This document shows positions 1-11,940 of a stretch of 64,000 nt of DNA, in pieces; within the stretch, counting starts at the first letter, position 1, and every line of letters begins with the position of its first letter. Below the pieces are notes generated by a model, which worked only from the letters and a program-made list of their open reading frames with translations, was not told the origin of the DNA and made no database searches. Origin of the DNA: Eukaryota sp. GEM-RC1 (taxonomy: Eukaryota); assembly GCA_040285855.1 (NCBI GenBank), contig JAUFOQ010000017.1:496001-560000 (forward strand), in the 5' to 3' direction. The position numbers and the translations under genes were made by a program.

Positions 1-543
1 ATGTGTTTTGAAAGGTAAAACCGTCTTTACTAAAAAAATTGGAGTCAAAAAACTATATACATGTACTAGATGCAGGTTTTGACTACACTACCTTCTTCAA
101 TCGATCAATAGCGCAGTGTGATCGAGTCAACAGATATCTTGATTTACATTATTCGCTTCCGTATTGTGAAGCTATCACTGTACAAATTGAAAGTTCCTTA
201 CTAGTAAGTAATAAAATGTCTTCAGATGAGATGAACAAAAACAAAAACCATACATCTAATCCCAGTATAATAAACACTAGACACATAAAATTCCTTATCA
301 ATTGCACTGCAGATCTTGGGGCAATTACTTACATGTCTTATTTTGGCATCACTACATAGAAATCTAAAGTGTTAATAAAGAAGTTCTGGAGTTATTACTG
401 TTTGGAATAACCAAAACAGCTCTTCGGACTCAATGGTTCTAAATATGCAAACAACAGTCAAGAACATCACTGAGGCACAGCGCTCATCCATCTGCTAATC
501 TTCCAATTGGCATTTTGAAAGAACGAAATCATCCTACTCTCAA

Positions 544-1371
544 ATGTCTTCCTCCGAACACTCTTCTTCTGATGAATCATCAAACATCGAAGCAGTAGAA
601 GGAATCTATTCCGCTGTTGCTCCTAATGAGTTTGGCATAATTGATAAATGTCTTGCCGATCTAAGTGTATCTGTTCCTGAACATTCTGGTGACAAATTCA
701 AGAGGGCTGAGAAATATGGACACATTGTCCATCACTCTTCTGGAGCATGTATACTTGCCGAGGGAACTAAAATAGCAGACGGCCAATATCTCGCCGCTGA
801 CGGGTCTCATATCTTCCATGTTTCTCCCGATCTCTCTGTGTCTGATGTGACAGAGATCGATTCCTCGTTGTTAAATTCTTCTCGCACTGAGTTTGTCTCA
901 GATCTAGAATCAGTCCTAGCTCAGTACACCGCAGAATATTACAAACGAGGTAAGTTCTGTATAGTCAATCTCGCGGGAAGACCTCTGCAAATCCTCTTCT
1001 CCGCTGCTGTAGTGAATCAGGATAGTAGTTACACTGGACAATGGTTTTCTGTGTATACTTTCTCTGATGATCTCACCAAAATAACTCCTATTGTCCTACC
1101 ATATGTTCACTTGTTTGAAAGTGGAAATGTTCATCTTCGTGGAATTTATCCAGCTAAAGCAAAGGAACAATCGCTGTCCGAAGCTTCTGCAACTGCTGTA
1201 TTGGCTTTTATCAAGAAGTTTGAAGTTGACTATATCAAAAATGTACAAGATTTGTGGGAATCCTTAAATGAGAAAGTTCTGAAAACCTTTAGAAGAAAAC
1301 TTCCAGTTTTCAAGAAAAAGATTGACTGGACAAGTATTGCATCGCTTCGAATGAGAATTCCTCATAAGTAA
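544..1371 (+). CDS. CAPZA: F-actin capping protein alpha subunit
   Basis: VHLFESGNV motif and C-terminal KTFRRKLPVFKKKIDW match the CapZ-alpha signature; 275 aa. Confidence 0.88.
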   Translation: MSSSEHSSSDESSNIEAVEGIYSAVAPNEFGIIDKCLADLSVSVPEHSGDKFKRAEKYGHIVHHSSGACILAEGTKIADGQYLAADGSHIFHVSPDLSVSDVTEIDSSLLNSSRTEFVSDLESVLAQYTAEYYKRGKFCIVNLAGRPLQILFSAAVVNQDSSYTGQWFSVYTFSDDLTKITPIVLPYVHLFESGNVHLRGIYPAKAKEQSLSEASATAVLAFIKKFEVDYIKNVQDLWESLNEKVLKTFRRKLPVFKKKIDWTSIASLRMRIPHK

Positions 1372-1682
1372 GTTTGTATAATGAATGTTTATAAAGTATT
1401 ATCACTTTCAAGCATGATGTCTCCTAAATCAGTTACAGCTATTTACAAGCCTCATTTCAACATTAGATTCACTGGGATTGACGATTTTGTACTTGTATTC
1501 AATAAAAATCATAAACTTTTACTATCAGACCTAGACGATGTTGTTTAATTTGAATCGGGAGATTTCAGCAACAATAGACATTCAAAGAGCAACTGCTCTC
1601 CTTTTTGGGGAAAAATGGAACTGCTGAGGAAAATTGTAAAAACTCCACCTAGACTCAGATTGGCTCCTCGTCGTGATCTCAG

Positions 1683-2723
1683 ATGCTTAAACTTATCAAA
1701 ACCTCCTCAACCAATCCGTTCTTTAACCTTGCTGTTGAAAACTTTCTCCTAGGCAACGATACAAAACACAAATGTCTATATCTTTGGCGTAACGATCCCA
1801 CTGTTGTCATTGGTAAGTATCAAAACGCCTTTCTTGAATGTGATGTTTCTGCCATGCATAAAGACCAAGTGAATCTAGCCCGCAGAACATCAGGTAAGTT
1901 CTGTATTCCAAACTAACAATCAGGTGGAGGAGCAGTTTACCAGGATCTTGGCAACCTTAACTTCACATTCATATCTCCTACTCGTTCTTTCTCAAAAGAA
2001 AACAACAACAAAATTGTTATAAACAGTCTGAAACACTTTGATGTGAACGCTGAAGTATCTGGTAGAAACGATATCACTGTTAATGGTGCCAAAGTCAGTG
2101 GAGCGGCATTTAAACAGGGTCCTCGTACCTCTTTTCATCATGGGACACTTTTAGTTGATGTTGATATGAATAATCTTTCAAGGTTTTTGAAGCCGTCAGC
2201 AGCCAAACTAGCTGGAAAGTCTGTTGCGTCTGTACGTTCGAGAGTTGAGAATTTGAAAACCTTTTCTCCATCTATTACCGTGGAGGAAACTTCAGATGCT
2301 CTTTCACAGGAGTTTGCGAAGTTTTACAAAGTTCCATATAGCAAAGTTAAGCAAATAGATAGTTCTGTTTATGAGAAGAACAAACAAGTTAAGGCGATTT
2401 ACAAGCAGTTGACGTCATATGATTGGATTTTTGGAAAGATACCAAAGTTTTCCACAAAATCTGATGTTGTTGGTTTCTCTTGGGGAACAGTGCAAGTTGG
2501 TTTAGAGATTTCAAAAGGAAAAATTGCAACTATTGAAATATTCAGTGATATGATGTATACTGATGTAATTCCGACAATTCAATCGGCTCTGAACGGTGTG
2601 AAGTTTACTAAAGAAACCATTAGTAAACAATGTGACACATTGGTGAAGAAAGAAGAAGATGAGCTGAAGAGAAAGTGTATAAGAGATGTGTTTGATATTG
2701 TAGAAAATTTGTGTATTCAATAG
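1683..2723 (+). CDS. lplA: Lipoate-protein ligase A (2 exons, intron 1894-1923)
   Basis: NPFFNLAVE, LYLWRN, VVIGKYQN, GRND, KVSG and HHGTLL motifs; removing the 30-nt GT..CTAAC..CAG intron restores RRTSGGGAVYQDLGN. Confidence 0.93.
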
Positions 2724-2949
2724 GTTGTAAATTTTGTTGGAAAATTTTTGAACCCGTCCAGAGACTATCTAAAAGGAATTTTAGAACCTTGTGTATAATA
2801 TTATCCGTATGAAAGTGTCTGTCTTTTGGCCCTTAGAAGGCCGCCAGTATTGTTAGCTGTCTAAAAAGCAAATCCTATTTTGCCTCGTCTTTTGGGAAAT
2901 CAAACAGTAACATACATTGCCAATAAATTGCTTTCATTATTTGAGAAGC

Positions 2950-3720
2950 AGTCAATTATTGCAATTATTAAATCAAGTGCAATTAATTGGGAATTACGTG
3001 CTTCTGATTAGAACAACAACTTTCACTTTCCAATAATGGAAATGATGTTGCTCCGTGTCGCTGATGCAAAAAAATGAGTTTAAATTATATTATTAAATCC
3101 TGGCGTTCTCAATTACTACACTGGTTTGTCTAATTAGTTAATATCTGCTTCAAATAAGTTTCTGTTGGAATTGTTAAAACAGTTTTTGTTGGTGAAATTA
3201 CTCAGCAATTGTCAGTGGATTCAATACGCAAAGGATCTATTTTGATTGTTGTCTCCTGAAACGTGGGAATATAGGACAGTTATAGGAACAAGTTTCAGAT
3301 ATAAAATGGGACCTGTACATTCTAAAGCATAGATCCCGTTAATCATCAGTGTATTCAACTTCTAACACATTTGATATTTGTTATAAGTGTTGTGTTATTA
3401 GACTATTAGACTATGTCGTTAATCTGGTATTACTGCAAAAACTTGGACCATTGCAAGTCTGACTCTCAAGTCGAAGAACTAAATAACAAATCAAAATCCA
3501 AATTTACGTTTCATCCTGTTACTGTTTCTCTTATTGAATCGTTCAGTCCTCCACGTGAACAGTTTTTTCCAGTTCTTTGAAGAGTTGATTAAATAAAAGA
3601 AGTTGTAAATTCCTTAATGTCTGCATAAATTGTCCATTTATGGAAATCTGCCCTTCTATTTCTCTCGTTTAGCAAGAAGGTTGAGAAGTTTGTAGCCGAG
3701 GTTTATGTCGAAATATGCTA
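2950..3720 (+). mobile_element. Highly degenerate CRE-like non-LTR retrotransposon 3' fragment
   Basis: Translation around 3470-3600 (VEELNNKSKSKFTFHPVTVSLIESFSPP) resembles the RLE C-terminus of better-preserved copies in this window (INQLN...FVFQPFAMSIYGNIGP); boundaries approximate. Confidence 0.4.
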
Positions 3721-3956
3721 ATCTGTTATATTAGACTAAGGCGTTAGTATCGTAATGAAGTCCTTATTATCATTTATAAACTTCTTTTTCGCCTTCTATC
3801 ACCTTTAGGAATCACCTACCAGATAAGGATAAGTCTTAGTATTTGTATTTCTTCTAACACAGTCATATACTCGGGGCACGGTTACCGTTTGGGTAGCGCA
3901 AAGAGCGTTTCGTGCTATAATTAATTGACATTGTTTTACATTTTGTGGTATTGTCC

Positions 3957-4529
3957 TTAGTTCATGACAATCGTCTTAATATAACGGGGTGGTAATACAC
4001 CAGTGTCTCCTTCACCTGGTGTTAAAATGACATTGTTCTTTGACCTGAAGAACGGAATTCCATCACAGATCGCAGCCGCAGCATCGACATATACGAAGAC
4101 ATCAGCACTTTTACGTGCTCCAGACACCACCTGGCGATTATCAGGGAGACCTATAGCCATATGAATGTGTTGCCTACCCATACGATTCAAACCAGATTCC
4201 CTGATGGACTGAACATATTTTTGATAAGTTCCATGAACAACAACATTAGGTACTGTGTCTAGGGTCAATGTTTCCAACTCAACATCCACATTGAGACTAT
4301 GACCTTGAACAGCTCGTATCTGTCCATTCCTAATCTCAAACCGTTTCTTGTCGTTGAAGTCAACAACCTTTTGGATGTTTTCAACGGTCGCATGGATACC
4401 ACAATGGTTAATAAGGTGATTTTGAAGGTCAGGAATGAGTACAAAGCCTTGGTCTGAGATTGGTATGTTCTCCTTTCTCGCCCCATGCCGTAGTAAATAA
4501 GACAGTGTCTTGGACAAACGGACTGACAT
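3957..4529 (-). CDS. TPT1: tRNA 2'-phosphotransferase (Tpt1/KptA)
   Basis: LSKTLSYLLRHGA, DKKRF, IRAVQGHS, VHGT and MGRQHIH motifs. Confidence 0.95.
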   Translation of the reverse strand: MSVRLSKTLSYLLRHGARKENIPISDQGFVLIPDLQNHLINHCGIHATVENIQKVVDFNDKKRFEIRNGQIRAVQGHSLNVDVELETLTLDTVPNVVVHGTYQKYVQSIRESGLNRMGRQHIHMAIGLPDNRQVVSGARKSADVFVYVDAAAAICDGIPFFRSKNNVILTPGEGDTGVLPPRYIKTIVMN

Positions 4530-4622
4530 ATAACTTGTGTGATATCAATCAGATTGTGACAACAGAGGAACAAGTTGCCTAGGCTTCTAATTTCAATCCA
4601 ATTGTTCCCTTTTATTACATGA

Positions 4623-6203
4623 ATGTTGTCTGCTGAAGACTTTGAGTCTTCTGTATCTGAACTCCTTGTTTCTGATCCATTTGTTAGCAATTTAAAAGCC
4701 CAAATCAGGCATCATGTTAGTTTACGTTTACTTGAACAAACTCCCCAAGAACCCCAAGATCTCGACTTCTATACAAGAATAACCTATTCTATCCTATGTC
4801 AGTATCTTCAACACATCGAATGCGATCTAGCTCTTTCTGTATTTTATCCTGAAGCTGGTATTTCTTCAGGCTCCCTACTCTCTCCAACAGAACTCAAACA
4901 CATCTTACCACGCATACCACCTACCTCCTCCCCTCTCCTTCTCTCTATAATTGAACAAGTATCCCAACCACTCCCTATTCAAATCTCTTCTTACTCTCAG
5001 ACTGATCCTCTTCCCACTGCTACTCCACCTTCTCTCCAAGAACGTCTGAACATCATTAACGACAGATACAAATCAGATTATTCTCCTTCCCCCGATCTAT
5101 CTTCATTTTCTCTCTCTTCTGATCCCCATCTTATTCACCTCCTTAACCAGACTCGTTCTGATCTTCGTGAAGCTATTCTAGCCAAGCAAAGTGCTGAAGA
5201 ACGTGAAGATCGATTAATGTGTGATATTCAACGATTAAGACAGGATTATCAACGATTGATATCTCAAATAGAAAATCAAAGAGAAGAAGATCAGAAGTCA
5301 CAAGACTTCCAGAGAAATCGGGTCTTGAAAAGTCTTGAAGAAGAGGTCAAAAGTAGAGAATTTGAGCTTTCTGTTTTGAAAAAGGGAAATATGGATTTAA
5401 TGGACCAAAATTCTGATTTAACTGAAGTTGTTCAAAATTTAAAAAAAGAACTGGGAAAATGTGCCCTAAGTAACGATGGTTTATTAAATCAATTAAGTAA
5501 TTTAAACGCTGAGAATCAACAATTAAGTAAAGAAAAGATGGAAATTGGATTGAAGGTAGAGAAGATGGAACGTCAATCATCACGTTTAGAAGCTCAAAAT
5601 TCCGAATTACTTGAGGAAGTTCATGATCTCAAAACTAATATAGCACATTTAAAGGTCAAATTGACGGAAGCAAGAGCTTCAAAAAAACACGTGTCATCAG
5701 ACCAATCAGGTCATAATGACTCGTCATCCAGATTTTCTGCTTTGTTAGAGGAATTGCGAAGTGACAACCAGAAATTACGTGCCGAAGTTGTGGATCTATC
5801 CCTAGCTCATAAAGAAGATCAAAATACGATTTCTGGATTACGCTCTGCTTTGAAAAACCATCACTTGCACTCCATGAGTGAGTCTCCAACCTTTAAAACC
5901 ACTACTCTCAAACCTCCCAGTCCTAAGGTTTCTACGATTACGTCACCGGTCACGTCACCAATCAAGCGGAATCTTTGGGACAGTGATCAGGAACCAATAC
6001 AGCTTTTGAGTTCAAAAAAAGATGTACAAGTTGAACGAAAAGTTGAAAAACCTGCTGAGAAGAAGCAATTTGTTTTTGATTTGCCTGCGGTCCAAAGTAC
6101 TCCTAAGCAAGTCTATGTTCCACCTTCCGATCATTCAAGTTTATCACGTGAGGTTTCCCTTGCATCAAGTACTGATGATTTTGGAGATGATGATGTGTTG
6201 TGA
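4623..6203 (+). CDS. OFD1/FOP-like LisH (TOF) domain coiled-coil basal-body protein
   Basis: N-terminal LKAQIR...ILCQYLQ...ALSVFYPEAG (TOF/LisH pattern), then a long coiled coil. Confidence 0.65.
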   Translation: MLSAEDFESSVSELLVSDPFVSNLKAQIRHHVSLRLLEQTPQEPQDLDFYTRITYSILCQYLQHIECDLALSVFYPEAGISSGSLLSPTELKHILPRIPPTSSPLLLSIIEQVSQPLPIQISSYSQTDPLPTATPPSLQERLNIINDRYKSDYSPSPDLSSFSLSSDPHLIHLLNQTRSDLREAILAKQSAEEREDRLMCDIQRLRQDYQRLISQIENQREEDQKSQDFQRNRVLKSLEEEVKSREFELSVLKKGNMDLMDQNSDLTEVVQNLKKELGKCALSNDGLLNQLSNLNAENQQLSKEKMEIGLKVEKMERQSSRLEAQNSELLEEVHDLKTNIAHLKVKLTEARASKKHVSSDQSGHNDSSSRFSALLEELRSDNQKLRAEVVDLSLAHKEDQNTISGLRSALKNHHLHSMSESPTFKTTTLKPPSPKVSTITSPVTSPIKRNLWDSDQEPIQLLSSKKDVQVERKVEKPAEKKQFVFDLPAVQSTPKQVYVPPSDHSSLSREVSLASSTDDFGDDDVL

Positions 6204-6367
6204 TTGTTTTAATTCCCTATTTATTTTTGTAGTCTATTTTTTTCTCATATTTGTATTTCAGTTTGTCGCATACTAGTATCCATAATTTGTAATTTAAGTG
6301 TTATCTTGTAAAATAATTTGATTAGAAATCTTTATCCACGATAAATCAATAAAAATGTCTAAGAAAT

Positions 6368-9300
6368 TCATTTGTTCTTCTTCCTTCTTTTAACTACTCC
6401 GGATCCCGTCCTAATACTCTTTGATTCACTTCTCGACTCTATCGACTCCATATCAGAAAACACCCGAGAAGAAGGTGACGTGGCAGTCACAGCGGGAGAT
6501 GTAACTGATGCAGGGACATACATTGGAGAAGAGGCAAAATCACTCTCCTCTGAATCGGTGAGACCTGTTCCAACAGTAACAGAAACTTCTGAAGAGTAGG
6601 TATCATCTGCCGAGTCATGAAGACGAGTGACGTGTTGATCGTCATCAACAGCGAACTCGGAAGGATTCCAAATTCGATGCCAGTCACGATTGCGTTTGAT
6701 TAGTGACTTCAAGACAGGATGATAAGGTGGTAAACGTGATGGATCGTCAACCAATCGGTCAAAATTTTTCTTTCTAGGAACATTTTCAAAAGATTGTAAA
6801 ACAGAGCAACAACTCTGAACAGAAGCAATAACAATCGATAAAGAGGAAACACTACAATCACAATCAAAGGTGATCTCAAATCACGACGTCGACGTAGCTT
6901 CCAATAATTGAACACCAAAAACAAAACATACTGAAAAGAACAACTCTCAATGCAATCACTCCAAGAGAAGCCAAGTCATTGAGGTAAACAAAGTAAATGA
7001 TGACTAGGATTCGAAGATAATCTTGAACAATTGTCAGAATTTCATGTAAGTAATACAGCTTCAATAAAAGAGTACTAGGATTCCAATAAAAAAACAAATG
7101 TTTGAGATATTTAAAAAGGAACCGATGAGCAGTCACATCCCAAGACTTAATTCTCTGGGCCAACAAACTCTTTTCGTCAATGGAAACGTCACCTAAAAAG
7201 TCCTCGCCTGGATGACAAAGATCTTCTGGTACTGAAGTTAGTACCGGAGTATTACCAATTGTGACTAAGCTCTTCATCCCGTTCCCTTCCATTGTCATCT
7301 CTCTTAGAATTAACCCCATTTGAGCATCTTCTCCATCAAACACAGTGTTATGACGTTCCAAGACTTCCACCATGACGTCTCTGTTCCAAATCGACACTGC
7401 ACCCTAGAGTAAGTAAACGTCATCAACATACGTGAGGATAATTAGCGGTACCACAGGAGGACTGAAACATTTTAGCAAATCCAGCAAGTAGATACTCAAA
7501 GTCCTGCATCCAGACCAGCATTGATCTCTTTCCTAATCCGTCACCTTCCTTATTCTTAGCAGTTCTAATGACTGGAACTGCTCCTGCCACATTCTTGTTC
7601 TTAAGTTTGTTAGTTTGAAAGGACATATCAAAAGGAATAATGATATCGTCATCCATAATCACGACAGTGTCGATGTGATTGGGAACCCAATACTTAGCTG
7701 TCCACAAGAGAGAAAGAGTCTTGTTACCAACTGGGAGGTACACGTAGTTAACCTTCCTTCCCCACGTTTGGACTTTGGAGATGACGTCAATTGTACGATC
7801 ACCAGCTGAGGGATTATATCCACGGGAGTTGTGGCAGACGAAGACTTGGCCGTCTGGAACAATGGTGCTAGCCATTTTGAGAGTTTTCTCGAATCCTGCT
7901 TCTTTGTTCTGTTGAATTTTAAGAAGATTCTCTTTGGTAAGCTTTGAGGTTCCCATTATATTGTCCTTTGCAGAGTTAGCAATAGCATCAGGATGCTGAC
8001 CGGCAGACGCATGAGAGGCAATCAGTATCGCTACGTGCTTATGATTACGTGGCAACTCTCTGACAGAAGGCCATGGCTGAGTTAAGATAGCTGCTCCTAG
8101 GAGGAAGTATTCAAGACCAAGAATGATTACTGCTAGTGACATTGAGTCGAGTTGATGGAACCATTTGTTAGCAAGGATATAGTCCTTAAAGAACCACACC
8201 AATCCAGTAACAAACAAAAACCCACAAATAATTAAGAAAGAGGTCTCTGCTTTTGATCTTTTAGTTTTTCCAGAGACTTTAGAACTATCCTCAAAAGATC
8301 TCAATAGTCCCACCCATTCAGCTTCGCCTTCTTCAATAGACTTTTGGTACTTTGACTTGAGTTTTAAATCATCATAATCATCATTTTCAGTTAAAAAGTT
8401 CTCATCGCCCTTTTTGTGGATTTGCTCCATCATTTCCTTTAACTTTTCCTTTCCACCCATTTCTTCAGAAATCTTCTCAGGTGGATCCTGATCATCCTCT
8501 TTCAACGTTCCCTTTGCCACTTTCCCCTTACTAAACACTTCAGGATCCTGTAGATACCCCGCAACCTTCTTCCTGTCAGCAACTTCCCATGTCAATGCTA
8601 CTATTACACAGATGACAAAAGCAACGAACAGCAGTGTGTCCACAAGAGTGAAGAACACCTCTCGAACATCGTAAGCAAAGTAGTTAATATCAATAGATTT
8701 GAGTGATACCATGCTCTCTGTCTTTACAACAATAGTACAATGGTCAAAGGTGGTCTCCTTGACAAAGACAGAGATCTTGAGTGGAGTGTTACCAGTGTCG
8801 AAGGCTGAGATGGAGAGGAACATCCACGGGATACGGAGGAAGTTGGTGTCAAAGGAAATGTCAGTTTCAAAGGTTTGGTACATATCACTAGGGACGTTGA
8901 GTCTCCAGTGAGGAACAGACTCAGTGCTCAGGGTAATGGTCCCTGCTTCGTAAAAGATGTTGTTGAGGTGGTTTAGCACAAGGGAGATTGAAGAGATTCT
9001 GATAGAGTCAAGACGGCCATCGTCCCATGTGGAGATGGTGGAAGAGAAACCAGAAGGAGCGACATCCCAAGCCCAGAAAGCCAAAGCGTTGGATCGACTC
9101 TGACCAAAGTCAACACCAGCAAGAGAGAGATGAGTGTAAGGAGATCCGGAGAGGGTGGATTGAAGATTCTGTTCAAGAGAGTAGGATCTTTCCCCAATGT
9201 ACTGAGAGTTTAGATCCCACCCAGGAGAATGCCCACTTCCAGTACCGAAGAGCGGTGATAGGAGTGACTGTGAGATCTTCTCGTCGGTGCATTGGGCTTC

Positions 9301-9702
9301 GACAGCTAGCCATTGTAGACGTACGGCTCTTATGATCGTGTCATCCCATGTGGAGACTCTAACAGTGAATTCATAGGGACCTCCGTCGATCACGTCAACA
9401 TCGATTCGTGGAGGGTTGATGGGACAGTCGATTCCTGTGATGGATACAGTGATTTGAGGTTTATCATGAAATCCCGCATCAAGAGGAATGATTTCTGTAA
9501 AGGATCGCTGTCCAGAACCCCAATTAAGAACAAAGTTAGGAAGATGTTCGCCAACTACTAGTTCACCGTGTTCCATTTCAACGCAGGGAACGCATGTCAA
9601 AGATTCCATGAAATCTGACACTTGAGGAGGTTGCATAAAGAAGATGCCAAGAACCAATACAAATACCACAATGGTATAAAAGAGAGAAGAAAATCGAGAC
9701 AT
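6368..9702 (-). CDS. Multi-pass membrane protein: three H-type lectin domains plus a processive family-2 glycosyltransferase (intron 7404-7431; apparent frameshifts near 6935 and 6785)
   Basis: Three H-lectin-like repeats (F..P.I.VSITGID...F.VRVSTWDD...WLA); GT2 motifs IMDDD, QDFEY, PHGAVSIW (restored by a 28-nt intron), GED and QRIKSWD; hydrophobic C-terminal helices continue across two frame changes. Confidence 0.8.
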
Positions 9703-9895
9703 AAGTTACAGGCTGAAGATTGTGTTTAACAGCGATAGAAGTAAGCATTGTGCATGTAGAGTGTTTCTTCCACAGTCAAGAGGATATCAAAAGTGTTTAC
9801 AGTGAAGAACATATGATACAGATGATGATGTAGATGCAGTGAAGATATGAATGACTAGGCAAATAATTTTCAACTGGTTATTATGTACAATGTAG

Positions 9896-11279
9896 CAGCA
9901 ACGACAAACAATATATTGTATTGTTACAATACAATATATTGTGATATTGTTATTGTATTGTATTGTGTTTTTGCAACAATATATTTCAGGCCCTCTCATA
10001 AGATAATTTAAAATAATTTGAACATCCAAAAGTGACAAAAATAAATGTGAAATAAATATAATTAAAACGAAATAAAACCCAAATAGAAACAAAATATTTT
10101 ATTATACATCTAATCTGAGTCACTATAGATGAATACACAATCCATTTGATCATCCCTTTCTTGTCGAAATAGGTTAGTTGACTTTCTGCTTCGTATAATT
10201 GCTCTAACTGTGTCGTCAATCCATAAATATCTGTGGATCTTCAATATTAGTTCAATGTTCAGCATCGTAAACGACCATGTGAATCGTTCAATGATCATAT
10301 GCCCGGGTATAGTCGTTGGATTGGCTTAGAACACAGGTAAAGGCTCGTCTGTACTGGTTACGTTCGACATTGAAATGGCAAAGTTTGATAGAAAATGTCT
10401 CAACCTTAATTTTTGTCTGAGCTTGAGTATTTCACACATCATGTTTCAAGTCAATCAACAACCTTGAGCACTACATTAACCGATGCACTATATAGATCAA
10501 TGAAGTTTACTTTCCGACATTTTATTTATATTTATTTATATTTTGTTTTATTTAGTTTTATTTGCATCATCGCCAAAAAGGCTCAAAAATAAATAGAAAT
10601 AGAAATAAATAGAAATGAATAGAATTTATATTTATTTATGAGGAGCCCTGATATATTTATTGTTCGAGTCCACAATAAACAATATATTGTACAATAACAC
10701 AATACAATATTTGTCATTTTGTGCAACTATAACAAGAATCACATATCTGCCAACATCATTGTTCTTTAAATTACAACCAAACCATTGGAAGATATGCAAC
10801 TCCCAATTGTAACACCTTGTATATATTACCCAAAATTCTGATGGTATGTCTTTTGAGCAACATTTAAAGGAAATTAACAAAGCTCAGACTCTTAGCAACC
10901 AGACAACACAAATGATCTATCATTCACACCCTCATCCAGTTAAGACATTGACAACTTTTTCAGTAGAGCATAAAACACTCCCACTGATCGTCCGAACCGA
11001 ATTTAATGTCGCAAAGTGAATTTTGGCATTTACTACTACCAAAAATCAGCATACAGTGTCCTTTTTTAGGACTCGGGAAGCAGAAAGTGAAGTTGTACGT
11101 GTAAAAAACAATTATTCAGATTGATGATAGCTTTCAATAAAGCACAAATATTGTATTGTTATTTATTGTTTTTTCTCACAATATACCTACAATACAATAC
11201 AATATTTGATTGGACAATATATTTATTGTTCGATCAAACAATAAACAATACAATAAATATATATTTTTTGTCGTTGCTG
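9896..11279. mobile_element. Non-autonomous hAT-type element (outer member of a nested pair)
   Basis: TIR CAGCAACGACAAA / TTTGTCGTTGCTG; exact 8-bp TSD caatgtag (9888-9895, 11280-11287); subterminal ACAAT/ATTGT repeats. Confidence 0.9.
9987..10650. mobile_element. Non-autonomous hAT-type element nested in the 9896-11279 element
   Basis: Imperfect TIR CAGGCCCTCTCATAA / TTATGAGGAGCCCTG; exact 8-bp TSD atatattt (9979-9986, 10651-10658); subterminal AAATA repeats. Confidence 0.87.
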
Positions 11280-11459
11280 CAATGTAGTAGTAGTTCTGAA
11301 TCTCACATGCAAATTGCCAAATGCCACCCTTCAATCGCCGATGGCAACTACGTAAGACCAAAACGAGCAGAACTTCAATTCTATTGAGATTTAATCTACA
11401 GATAGAGAAACAAATATATGTATTCAGAACAACATACTTTATTTACAACAATATTTAGT

Positions 11460-11940
11460 CATTTTCGATCAATTATTCACAACAGTATCCGAGATACATG
11501 TTTGGATATGTTTAAGGCTAATGGTTTTCATGGAAAAATTGAACCTTTACTTGCTAATCTTTCTGATCAGCCAAAAGTTGATAGAAGTCGTGGTGATTTG
11601 ATTGGTCCTTGGTTATCTTGTCAGGAAATTATTATGGACTTCACGACTGTTGATCCTTGTAATTCAAGATCAATTTCCAAAATTTTTGATGATGATTTTT
11701 CGGCTCTTGAAGTGGCTGAAAAAGGAAAAAATACAAAGTACTGTCACTTAATTAACCAATTGAATGTCGACATGTACAATTCTTTTGTGTTTCAACCTTT
11801 TGCGATGTCGATATACGGTAATATTGGACCAGCTGCACAAGGTTTTTAACTTCCTTTGGTAAATTGTGTTCTGAGTATGGTAAAGTTATAACTTCTGCAA
11901 ATGCATTTATTTCACTGACTGATCATAAACCCCGTTTTTT
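11460..11940 (+). mobile_element. 5'-truncated CRE-like (RLE) non-LTR retrotransposon, family A copy 1 (T6 tail, internal deletion)
   Basis: RLE motifs HNSIRD, EP, RGD, DFTT, AEKGK..KY; near-identical to copies at 23647 and 60622; TSD atatttagt (11451-11459, 11941-11949). Confidence 0.88.

Noticed and set aside
39..359. 106-aa ORF at the window start
   Set aside because: Non-ATG start and no recognisable motifs.
9787..11387. Short Ile/Tyr/Cys-rich ORFs
   Set aside because: They are chance translations of AT-rich MITE subterminal repeats.
11460..11940. Family A copies 1 and 3 both measure 481 bp
   Set aside because: They have different 5' truncation points and copy 1 has an internal deletion, so the equal length looks coincidental.
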